Assembly (NCBI GenBank): GCA_031416315.1 | Contig: JANOTL010000140.1 | Location: forward strand, 1 to 25,298 | Source: Pseudomonadota bacterium | GTDB lineage: Bacteria > Bdellovibrionota_B > Oligoflexia > Oligoflexales > CAIYRB01 | Direction: 5' to 3' | Length of the DNA stretch: 25,298 nt | Shown here: one piece after another, positions 8,306-15,923 of the stretch | Numbering within the stretch: position 1 is the stretch's first letter | Layout of the letters: each line of letters begins with the position of its first letter | Position numbers and translations under genes: made by a program | Notes under the pieces: model-generated | What the model was told of the DNA's origin: nothing | Seen by the model: only the letters and a program-made list of their open reading frames with translations | Databases searched by the model: none

Positions 8306-10051
8306 CTAGGGCCGGGACCCGTGCCGGACGTAGCCGCGCCTGCCGATGACCACGTAGTCCATTTCCGTGCGCAGATAGCAGTCGAGCGCTTCCCGCGGCG
8401 TGCAGACGATCGGCTCGCTGTCATTGAAGCTGGTGTTGATCAGCATGGGAACGCCCGTGAGCGCCTCGAAGCGCTCGATGACCCCCCAAAGAAAGGGCTG
8501 GGTATCGCGGCGGATCGACTGGATGCGGCAGCTGCCGTCGGCGTGCGTCACGGCGGCGATCTTGCCGCGCTGCGCCGCGCGCACCGGAAAAACGGCTTCC
8601 ATCGATGGTGCGTAGAATGCGTCCTCGAACCAGGCGTCCTGTTTCTCCGCGAGCACAGCGGCCGCGAAAGGCCGGAAGGCTTCGCGATGCTTCACGCGCG
8701 CGTTCAGCCGGTCACGCATCTCGAGGGGCCGCGGATCACAGAGGATGCTGCGGCTGCCGAGCGCGCGGGGCCCGAACTCCATGCGGCCGTGGTAGAGGCC
8801 GACGATCTTGCCGGCGGCGAGCTCGGTGGCGATCCATGCTTGCAAGGTCTCGTCATCGGCCCAGTCGGTCGCGACGGTTCCCGAGGGCGCGGGCGGTGCC
8901 TCGTAGCCCGGATCGTCCTGGCTCGGACCGAGAAGCGCCCAGTGCGGCTCGTCGCAGCCGAGCTTGCCGCCATTCGCCAGCGCGACGACGCCGACGGCGA
9001 GACCGGCGTCGTGGCTCGCGGGGGCGACGTGGATCGCGTCGAAGCCGTGGCGCGCTTTGATCTTCCCGACCCAAACGCTGTTGTGGGAGCAGCCGCCGGC
9101 CAGGCCGAGGACGCGCGCGGGATGGAGTTTCCGGGCTTCCTGCAGGAGGTGATCAGCGACCTCCTCGAAGCGCGCTTGCAGGGACATCGCCAAGTCGCGG
9201 TGGACGTCGGTCAAAGGCGCATCGGCCGCGCGCGCGGGAATGCCGAGGAGCGCGGTCATCTTCTCCACGTCGTAGAGCCGTTCGCAGAGCGGCTGGTCTT
9301 TCTCGACGCGGAAAGGCACGCCCTGGCTCGCGAGCGGGAAGACCTCCGGATCGAGGGTGAAGCCGAAGCCTTTGCCGGTCGTGATCGCACGGCGGAGAGG
9401 CTCGACGTAGCGAGGCTGGCCGAAGCTCGAAAGGCCCATCACCTTGAATTCCTCGCCGAAGCGCATGAAGCCTAGGTGCTGGGTGAGCGCGGTGTAGAAG
9501 AAGCCGAGGGAGCTCGGGAAATGCACGCGCTCGGAGATCGTCGCCTGGGCGCCCGTCGCGGCGAAGCCGCAGGCCGCCGAGACGAAGTCTCCCAAGCCGT
9601 CGAGGGAAAGGAGGAGCATCGGCTGCTCGGGGTCCAAGATGCGCACGCTCGCCATGTGGGCGAGGTGGTGCTCGAAGCGCTCGATCCGCGCGTCGCCGAG
9701 CCCGCTGGCCGCGATCATGTCTTCGACCTTCGGCCCTTCGCCCGCCGGCCGCATGAGCTTGGCCACGGCCATCGCTGGGTTTTTCAGTGCCGTCAAAAGC
9801 TTCTGGGGCACGTTGGCGCTCTTCGAGCCGGGAATCGCGACGACTTCGACGTCCTGCGCCTTGAGCCCCGCGCGCGCGAGGCAATACGCGATGGCCCCGC
9901 GCGGAAACGCGGCCGTGTGCTTGAGGCGCGAGAAGCGCTCCTCCTCGGCGGCGGCGACGAGGCGGCCGTCGACGGCCAGGGCGGCGGAGGAGTCGCCGTG
10001 GAAGCAGGTGATGCCGAGAGTCACCCGATGCGTGCTGGAAGTCTTGCTCAT
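8306..10051 (-). CDS. O-carbamoyltransferase, NodU/CmcH/TobZ family, 581 aa
   Basis: Motifs HGDSSAAL, AAEEERFSRLKH, EHHLAH, DGLGD, EFKVMGL, GRMEFGPRALGSRSIL, VKHREAFRPFA, THADGSCRIQ and INTSFN. Confidence 0.95.
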   Translation of the reverse strand: MSKTSSTHRVTLGITCFHGDSSAALAVDGRLVAAAEEERFSRLKHTAAFPRGAIAYCLARAGLKAQDVEVVAIPGSKSANVPQKLLTALKNPAMAVAKLMRPAGEGPKVEDMIAASGLGDARIERFEHHLAHMASVRILDPEQPMLLLSLDGLGDFVSAACGFAATGAQATISERVHFPSSLGFFYTALTQHLGFMRFGEEFKVMGLSSFGQPRYVEPLRRAITTGKGFGFTLDPEVFPLASQGVPFRVEKDQPLCERLYDVEKMTALLGIPARAADAPLTDVHRDLAMSLQARFEEVADHLLQEARKLHPARVLGLAGGCSHNSVWVGKIKARHGFDAIHVAPASHDAGLAVGVVALANGGKLGCDEPHWALLGPSQDDPGYEAPPAPSGTVATDWADDETLQAWIATELAAGKIVGLYHGRMEFGPRALGSRSILCDPRPLEMRDRLNARVKHREAFRPFAAAVLAEKQDAWFEDAFYAPSMEAVFPVRAAQRGKIAAVTHADGSCRIQSIRRDTQPFLWGVIERFEALTGVPMLINTSFNDSEPIVCTPREALDCYLRTEMDYVVIGRRGYVRHGSRP

Positions 10052-10057
10052 GCGTTC

Positions 10058-10063
10058 ATTCTA
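10058..10063 (-). promoter_or_regulatory. -10 box TAGAAT, 6 nt before the carbamoyltransferase ATG (leaderless-type promoter)
   Basis: Minus strand reads TAGAAT-gaacgc-ATG, with no SD at normal spacing. Confidence 0.5.
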
Positions 10064-10080
10064 CTCTAGTCCGTCCGGCC

Positions 10081-11220
10081 TCACGCTCCGAGGATCGTCG
10101 TCGCGACCGGAGCGAACGCTGCCTCGTAGTTCCAGTGCTCGCGGATGAGCCGCCGGCCGTTCTCGCCTTGGCGGCGCAGGCGGTCCGGATCGGCGACTAG
10201 GCTGGTGAGCACGGCGCGCACGGCGTCTTTGCTCTGAGGGTCGACCGCCACGCCGACGTCGTGATCCGCGACGGCGGACTGCCAAGGCTCGACGTCGGAG
10301 ACCAGAACCGATAGCCCCGCCGCGAGATACTCCGAGACTTTGTTGGAAGCGCCAAACATCGCGATGAGGTTTGGATTCTCGCCCGAGCCGGGCTTCGCGA
10401 AGAACGCCAGCCCGAGGTGGCACTTGCGGGTCACCGTCAAGACCTCGTCGTGCGGCAGCTCACCGTGAAAAACGAGTTTTTCCGACACGTTACGATCTGA
10501 GAAGCGCCGTTTTATCGCGAGGCAGTAGGCCTCTGCAACGGGCCCGAAAGCATAGCAGACCACGTGGAGGCGGACGCCGGGGGTCTCCACGAAGGCGTCG
10601 ACGACGCTCATAGGGAGCCGCGCGACGGCGACCGAGCCCTGGTAAATGCAATCGAGCGTCTCCGCTTGCGCCGGGCGGGTCAACGGGACCTCCGCCTGCG
10701 CCTTCGCGCAATGATTCGGCACGTAAAGAGGCGCCGTTGCCAGCCCCGCTTCCCGACGCATCCACTCGCCGCGCTCCTCGTTCGGGACGACCACGAGGTC
10801 GACCGCGCGCATCGCACGGAGGCGCGCGGCGGCGAAAAACGCCTCCGCGCGGCCCTCCCGACCCGGAAGGTCGTGCTCGTGATAGATGACGCGCCGCCTT
10901 AAGAGAACTTTCGCGAGCCAGGCGAACGGCGTCATGAACGCGTCGGACACGTAGATCCATCTTGGCCGCAGCCTGACGACCAGCATCGTGCCCAGGAGGA
11001 GCATCCAAAGGAACGTGAGCCACCGGCGCAATCGCCCGCGATGGGCTTCGTACATGTGCCAGGAGGCCCGCGGAATCTCGGGACGCGGCCGGTGCGCGGC
11101 CCGCGGAAAAACACCGAGAAACGTGCAGGAGACGCCGCTTTCGGCGAGGATGCGGGCGCCGTGGACCAGCGGTGGATACTCGGCGGGGTCGCCGAATTGC
11201 ACATAAAGGACGCGGCTCAG
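10081..11220 (-). CDS. GT4 (GT-B) glycosyltransferase, ~379 aa
   Basis: Motifs YPPL, IYHEHD, IYQGS, SNKVSEYLAAGLSVLVSD and WNYE. Start uncertain: CTG 11220 overlapping the upstream TGA, or GTG 11283. Confidence 0.88.
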   Translation of the reverse strand: MSRVLYVQFGDPAEYPPLVHGARILAESGVSCTFLGVFPRAAHRPRPEIPRASWHMYEAHRGRLRRWLTFLWMLLLGTMLVVRLRPRWIYVSDAFMTPFAWLAKVLLRRRVIYHEHDLPGREGRAEAFFAAARLRAMRAVDLVVVPNEERGEWMRREAGLATAPLYVPNHCAKAQAEVPLTRPAQAETLDCIYQGSVAVARLPMSVVDAFVETPGVRLHVVCYAFGPVAEAYCLAIKRRFSDRNVSEKLVFHGELPHDEVLTVTRKCHLGLAFFAKPGSGENPNLIAMFGASNKVSEYLAAGLSVLVSDVEPWQSAVADHDVGVAVDPQSKDAVRAVLTSLVADPDRLRRQGENGRRLIREHWNYEAAFAPVATTILGA

Positions 11221-12533
11221 ACCGAAGCCCCCCGCGGCGGAGACACCGGCGTCCGCGCCATGGCGCTCTTGTAGATGGCGCACACGTCCGCGGCGACTTC
11301 TTGCATGCCGGGAATCATGACCTCGCGACCGCGCATGGCGCCGCCCAAGACGCGCTCGACGGCGTCCGCGAGCGCCTCGGGGTCGTCAGGCGATGCGAGG
11401 CCGGAATCGAGCCCTTCGTGGCGCAAGAATTCGGCGATGCCGCCGCGATCGACGCCGACGACCGGGACGCCCAAGTCCCAGGCTTCGAGCAGAGTGAGAG
11501 GGCCGGTCTCGGGCACCAAGCTCGGGACGAGCAGAAGGTCCACCGACGCGAGCCAACGCGACAGCTCCGCGCCGCGCTTGACGCCGTGATAGCTCGCGAC
11601 GTCGTCGTCGCGCCAGATCGCGGTCGTGGGACCGACGAGCGCCAAGTGCGCGTCGTGGCCGCGCTCGCGTAGGATCTCGACGGCATCGTGCGCCAGGCCC
11701 AGACCTTTGTCCGCCTCCAGGCGTCCGAAAAATCCGAGCGTCAGGCGCCTTTTCCCCGAAACCGGCGAGCTCAACGCGCGGCGGCGGGTGGCGCCCCTCA
11801 AGCCTTGACGGAGGACGGTGATCGCCGCGGCGTCCAGACCGTTGCGCCGCAGGAGCGGTTCGACCCAGGCGGCGCAAGCGATGATGTGCGCGGCGTTCGC
11901 GAAGAAGGTCTGCCAATGTTGCGCGCGGTCGTGGATGGCCGTACTCAAAGTCAGGGCCGTGCGCAGTTTTTGCGGCAGCGCGGCTGGACTCGATCTTAGT
12001 GGCGATCGCGCCAGCACAGCGGCGAGCGCTGGCGCCACGCCTTTCTCGCCCATGACGCAGGCCGCGCAGCGACGCGCTTCAATACGCCCGTCGCAGGGCG
12101 TGCCGCGCTCGATGAGGCGACCGCTCGGACAGGACATCGTCGCCGTATGGTAGGTGATGACGTAGGGAATTCCACGCGCCCTCAGCGCGGAGGCTTGCGC
12201 GGGGCCGGCGCCGGCGGTGAACGCATGGAAGTTGACGAGCTCCGGCGCAAAGTCGTCGAGCAAGGCGGCGAAGCCCGGGACGGCTTCGGCCGGGTCGAGC
12301 CGCGTCTGCTCGTGCGCGGAACGCGTCGGCAACGCGGGAAGGATGCGGAGCTCATAACGAGCGTCGGACGGGACGGTCACCTCGGAATCGCCGACGTCGT
12401 GCACCGCGACCAGCGAGCGTACCCCGACCTCCGCGAGCGCGTTGCACAGATCGTGCACGTAGCGCTCGGTTCCTCCGATTGAGATCGGATGGGCGTTCGA
12501 AGGAAGGTGAAGGACGCGCAGAGTAGGGGACAT
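11217..12533 (-). CDS. GT4 (GT-B) glycosyltransferase, 438 aa
   Basis: Motifs GGTERY, YVITYH with Cys-rich insert (CPSG..CDG...CAAC), GFFGRLEADKG and VPSLVPETGPLTLLEA. Confidence 0.92.
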   Translation of the reverse strand: MSPTLRVLHLPSNAHPISIGGTERYVHDLCNALAEVGVRSLVAVHDVGDSEVTVPSDARYELRILPALPTRSAHEQTRLDPAEAVPGFAALLDDFAPELVNFHAFTAGAGPAQASALRARGIPYVITYHTATMSCPSGRLIERGTPCDGRIEARRCAACVMGEKGVAPALAAVLARSPLRSSPAALPQKLRTALTLSTAIHDRAQHWQTFFANAAHIIACAAWVEPLLRRNGLDAAAITVLRQGLRGATRRRALSSPVSGKRRLTLGFFGRLEADKGLGLAHDAVEILRERGHDAHLALVGPTTAIWRDDDVASYHGVKRGAELSRWLASVDLLLVPSLVPETGPLTLLEAWDLGVPVVGVDRGGIAEFLRHEGLDSGLASPDDPEALADAVERVLGGAMRGREVMIPGMQEVAADVCAIYKSAMARTPVSPPRGASV

Positions 12534-12539
12534 GCCCCG

Positions 12540-12548
12540 ATACTACCA
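12540..12548 (-). promoter_or_regulatory. Extended -10 (TGG-TAGTAT), 6 nt before the GT4 ATG (leaderless-type promoter)
   Basis: Minus strand reads TGGTAGTAT-cggggc-ATG(12533). Confidence 0.5.
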
Positions 12549-12562
12549 GAGATCCCTGCGCC

Positions 12563-13624
12563 TCACGGACAGGGAAAATCTTCGGTCTTGGCGCGGGTTG
12601 CCTTGCGACAAAGCCGGTAGGTCATGTCGACCGCGCCGGCCTGCGGGCACTTCTTGTCGGTGAACCAGTCGACGGAGACCATCTTGCGGATGTCTTTGTT
12701 CTTGGTGTCGACGTCGTAGGTCGCCTGACGGGGAATCGGGAACTTGTCGTAGTCGGCGCGGGTCGTGCCGCCGTTGATCGTCGACGTGAGGCGCACCGTG
12801 AAGATGTCGCCGCTCACGCTCACCTTCTCGATCTGAATCGAGATCGAGCCGTTGCCGGCGCCGCTGAAGTTGGCAGTGTAGGTAAGGGGTGCTTTCGCCA
12901 GGGTCTCGAACTTGGTGAGCGAGGACGGCCAGGGGAAGATCGGGACCGGCTTGTCGAAAACGTAGACGAGACCTTTGTGCGTCGCGACGCGCGGCGCGAA
13001 GACGAGGAACGACTCGATCGGCACTCCGGCTGCCTTCGCGGCCTTGGCCTCTTCGCTGGTAACGCGCGTGTAGACGGTCGTTCCGAGCGCTTCGCTGCGG
13101 ACCTTTTCGTTGAACTCGTCCTGGTCGCAGGCGCCGATGCCGAGGAAGCCGCCTTCGTAGCATTGAATATCGAGCGCCGCGCGGTTGACGCGGAGCTCGG
13201 TCGCGCTCGCCTGGGTCTCGACCTGAGTGGTGGTGGCGAGGGAGTCGTCGCACTTGGTCGTGCCGTTGCCCCGCATCGTCAGGAGCGGGTAGTCGATGAC
13301 CACGGGACCTGGCGGTGTGACGCCGGAGTCCTCGGGCGCCTCACCGCTCTGCGCGTCGGAGCTCGCGGTCTCGTCGTCGGAGGTCAGGCCCCCCTCCTTC
13401 TCTGTCTTGTCGCTCGCTTTGGAGCCTTTGCCCGAGCTGTTGCCGCTACTCTTCCCCGGAGACGTGCCAGTGGCGTCGGCGCCCCCTTCGGAATTGCCGG
13501 AGCTGCCGCCCGCCGCGCCTGCGATCGGCGCGCCGGCGCGGATCGAGGGCTGTTCCTGATTGCACCCCGGGACCATGAGGCCGAGGCACAACGCGATGAG
13601 ACGGGATTTTCGCCAAGCGTGCAT
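12563..13624 (-). CDS. Hypothetical lipoprotein with S/G/K/E-rich linker and Cys-containing beta-rich domain, ~353 aa
   Basis: Signal peptide and lipobox MHAWRKSRLIALCLGLMVPGC, ~85-aa low-complexity tether and six further Cys. ATG 13624 preferred over TTG 13636. Confidence 0.82.
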   Translation of the reverse strand: MHAWRKSRLIALCLGLMVPGCNQEQPSIRAGAPIAGAAGGSSGNSEGGADATGTSPGKSSGNSSGKGSKASDKTEKEGGLTSDDETASSDAQSGEAPEDSGVTPPGPVVIDYPLLTMRGNGTTKCDDSLATTTQVETQASATELRVNRAALDIQCYEGGFLGIGACDQDEFNEKVRSEALGTTVYTRVTSEEAKAAKAAGVPIESFLVFAPRVATHKGLVYVFDKPVPIFPWPSSLTKFETLAKAPLTYTANFSGAGNGSISIQIEKVSVSGDIFTVRLTSTINGGTTRADYDKFPIPRQATYDVDTKNKDIRKMVSVDWFTDKKCPQAGAVDMTYRLCRKATRAKTEDFPCP

Positions 13625-13655
13625 GGTCTTTTCCAAAGGACTGGAATCGCCATCT

Positions 13656-13683
13656 TTATCGGCCGGTATTGCCGGAAACTTGA
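13656..13683 (-). promoter_or_regulatory. Sigma-28 (FliA/WhiG-type) promoter upstream of the lipoprotein
   Basis: Minus strand reads TCAAGTTT-N12-GCCGATAA versus the consensus TAAAGTTT-N11-GCCGATAA. The -10 ends 31 nt before ATG 13624. Confidence 0.7.
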
Positions 13684-13773
13684 GGGACTTCGCCGCGGCG
13701 TCGGGCTCAGCTCGGGCGCACGGATTCCGATCAAGGAGATCGGGAGCTTACTCCCCGTCGGGAAGGGATCAGC

Positions 13774-14124
13774 ATGAGCGAAATGCGCGTCGTCGCCGTC
13801 GACTTCGACAATACGCTGGTGGAGCACGGCGAGGGGGGCGAGACGGTTCCCGTCCCCGGCGGCGCCGAGGCTTTGGCCGCGCTGCGGGCGCAAGGCTATT
13901 GGATCGTCATCCACACGTGCCGTATCGGTATCGCGCGGCGCGACGGCAACCTGCAGTATGAGATCGGGTTGGTCGAGGAACTCCTGATGACGTTCGGCAT
14001 CCCCTTCGACGAGATTTACCTCGGCGAAAAGATGGTGGCCGACGTCTACATCGACGACCGCGCCGTCGCCTTTCACGGGGACTGGGACGCGGCCGTGGCG
14101 CAGACGAAAAGGCTCTTGGGCTGA
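13774..14124 (+). CDS. Small capless HAD-superfamily phosphatase (EcbF/BcbF capsule-biosynthesis phosphatase-like), 116 aa
   Basis: Motif I VAVDFDNTL, motif II IHTCR, IPFDEIYLGEK (motif III Lys) and motif IV ADVYIDDRA. Purine-rich SD. Confidence 0.88.
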   Translation: MSEMRVVAVDFDNTLVEHGEGGETVPVPGGAEALAALRAQGYWIVIHTCRIGIARRDGNLQYEIGLVEELLMTFGIPFDEIYLGEKMVADVYIDDRAVAFHGDWDAAVAQTKRLLG

Positions 14125-14170
14125 GCGTCGCGCGATATCGCCGGTCCGCTGGTGATCGTGTTGAGCTTGC

Positions 14171-15334
14171 TCAACTTCCTCGAAGCGTCGTCCCGCGCGC
14201 GGCGCGAGAGGGACCAAAGGTCCTGGTCACTTCGGCAGCTGCGACCGCAAGCATCGCGACGACCCGGACGAGGCCGAAGCCGACGTCGAGCCGCCAGCTC
14301 ACGACCGACGCTGCGGCGACGGTGAGGACGCCAAGGGCGAGAATGGTGAGGTAGCCGCGTCCGCCGTCTTCGTCTCCGAGGACGGCCTCGCACCGTTGCG
14401 CGACGCATAAGGCGATGATCGGGCTAAGCCCGATCGAGACCATGCGGCTGATGTCCGATGCCATCACGCAGCTCGCAATCGTCGTCGCGCCGAGGACCAG
14501 GATCCACGGCCTGATCGCGAGCCAGCGGCTCCTCTCACGTCGTACCATGATCACGGCGCCGACGGTCGCGGGAACCCATAGAACGCCGAAGCCGTTCACC
14601 ACGCCGATCGCGAAGGCCCCGAGCTCGAGTCGGAACAGCGGCGAAGATTGAATGGCCTGATCGAGAGACGTCCGTAGATCCGGGTGCGGAGCGAGGGCGA
14701 TGCGAACCACGACCGCCGCCGTAATCGACAGCACGCACGCGATCATGGCAAAGCGGGGGCGCGATCGCAGCAGGCTCAGCGCATTGACGGCGGACAGCTC
14801 CCGGTTCAATGCGCTGACGACGAACGCAAGCGTCAAGCGACCGGCGTTCCCCGCCGACGCCGGCATTTGCGCCTGGCGCGCGAGCAAGATCTGGAGGCTC
14901 GCAAGACCCATCGCCGCGAGGTCGGTCATGTGCGGGTTCTCTTCGATTCGGATCCCGGCGACCGCGAACATCGCGGCGCTCGCAGCGCTGGCGACGGCAC
15001 CGAGTCCGAACGCGACGGCCGTGAGATAGTAGAGCGCCGGAACGACTAGGAACAGAGCATAGTTGACGGAGCGAAGCGCGAGCTCCGGCGGTATCGGCGA
15101 GGCCCTGGCCGCCATCGGAAGCAGGACTCGATAGCGATAGGGCTCGTTGACAACCTCGAGGCGGTTTTCCGCCGCGGCGATGTAGCTGATTTGATCCCGT
15201 GTCATCCCGTGCGGCGCGCCAGGAGTGCCCCGGCGGGGCACGAACTGCAAGCTGGCAACGAGCGTCGCCGCAGCGACCGCGACGACGAGGCCGATTCCGG
15301 ACGAATAGAGCCTCATTCGTCGGCCCCTGCTCAC
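14171..15334 (-). CDS. Polytopic membrane protein, GT-C-fold glycosyltransferase-like, 387 aa
   Basis: About 9-11 hydrophobic segments, DQISY after TM1, PYRYRVLLP, and TD and RE motifs. GTG start overlaps the upstream TGA (GTGA); ATG 15316 is an alternative. Confidence 0.65.
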   Translation of the reverse strand: MSRGRRMRLYSSGIGLVVAVAAATLVASLQFVPRRGTPGAPHGMTRDQISYIAAAENRLEVVNEPYRYRVLLPMAARASPIPPELALRSVNYALFLVVPALYYLTAVAFGLGAVASAASAAMFAVAGIRIEENPHMTDLAAMGLASLQILLARQAQMPASAGNAGRLTLAFVVSALNRELSAVNALSLLRSRPRFAMIACVLSITAAVVVRIALAPHPDLRTSLDQAIQSSPLFRLELGAFAIGVVNGFGVLWVPATVGAVIMVRRERSRWLAIRPWILVLGATTIASCVMASDISRMVSIGLSPIIALCVAQRCEAVLGDEDGGRGYLTILALGVLTVAAASVVSWRLDVGFGLVRVVAMLAVAAAEVTRTFGPSRAARGTTLRGS

Positions 15335-15873
15335 TTCTTATTGAAATTGGTCGTGAGCAAGATCGTGGTCGTCGTGATGCTGAGGAGCGTCGCGATGAAG
15401 CCGAGGAGGCTCGAGGTCTCCGGCGAGATCAGCGGATCCTTCGGCGGGATGTAGACGATGTCCCCCGACTCGAGGAAGATCGACTCCTTTCCTGCCTGGC
15501 GCAGCAGGGCGTCGAGGTCGACCCGGAAGACCTTCTCTTCCGTGTTCAGACGCCGCTTCACGGTGATCTCGTCATCCGTGTTGGCGTTGTTGCTGAGGCC
15601 GCCGGCGAGCGTCACCAGGCGGAGGAGCTCGGTCTTCTTCGGCACGTTGTAGATGCCGGGGCGCGGCACCGCGCCGATCAGATAGATGGGGAGGAGCACC
15701 TCGCCTGGATAGGTACCGGCCGAGTATTCGGAGCCGCGCGCTAGGCCGAATTGCAGGTTCTGCGCGCGCTGTGACGGCGAGATCGGGTCAGGGCCCGACT
15801 GGCCGAAGGCGGCGCAGGCGCCGATGCTGCACGAGACGACGAGGGCGACGAGGCGTTGCGGGCGATGGCTCAT
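15331..15873 (-). CDS. SLBB-domain polysaccharide export-associated protein (short Wza/OPX-like), 180 aa
   Basis: Motifs IYLIGAVPRPGIYNV, LVTLAGGL and LESGDIVYIP. N-terminal signal (possible lipobox IGAC) and C-terminal hydrophobic helix. Confidence 0.85.
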   Translation of the reverse strand: MSHRPQRLVALVVSCSIGACAAFGQSGPDPISPSQRAQNLQFGLARGSEYSAGTYPGEVLLPIYLIGAVPRPGIYNVPKKTELLRLVTLAGGLSNNANTDDEITVKRRLNTEEKVFRVDLDALLRQAGKESIFLESGDIVYIPPKDPLISPETSSLLGFIATLLSITTTTILLTTNFNKK

Positions 15874-15879
15874 GCTTCC

Positions 15880-15885
15880 ATGGTA
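15880..15885 (-). promoter_or_regulatory. -10 box TACCAT, 6 nt before the SLBB gene ATG (leaderless-type promoter)
   Basis: Minus strand reads TACCAT-ggaagc-ATG(15873). Confidence 0.45.
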
Positions 15886-15923
15886 CCGCGAATCGCCCAG
15901 TCCGCGCGGCGGGCAAAATCTGC

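Noticed and set aside
8303..10148. Several + strand ORFs (390, 197 and 169 aa)
   Set aside because: Antisense to the carbamoyltransferase, with no independent motifs.
14137..14156. Hairpin between the convergent HAD and GT-C-like genes
   Set aside because: Needs two G-U pairs and has no U-tract on either strand; too weak to call a terminator.
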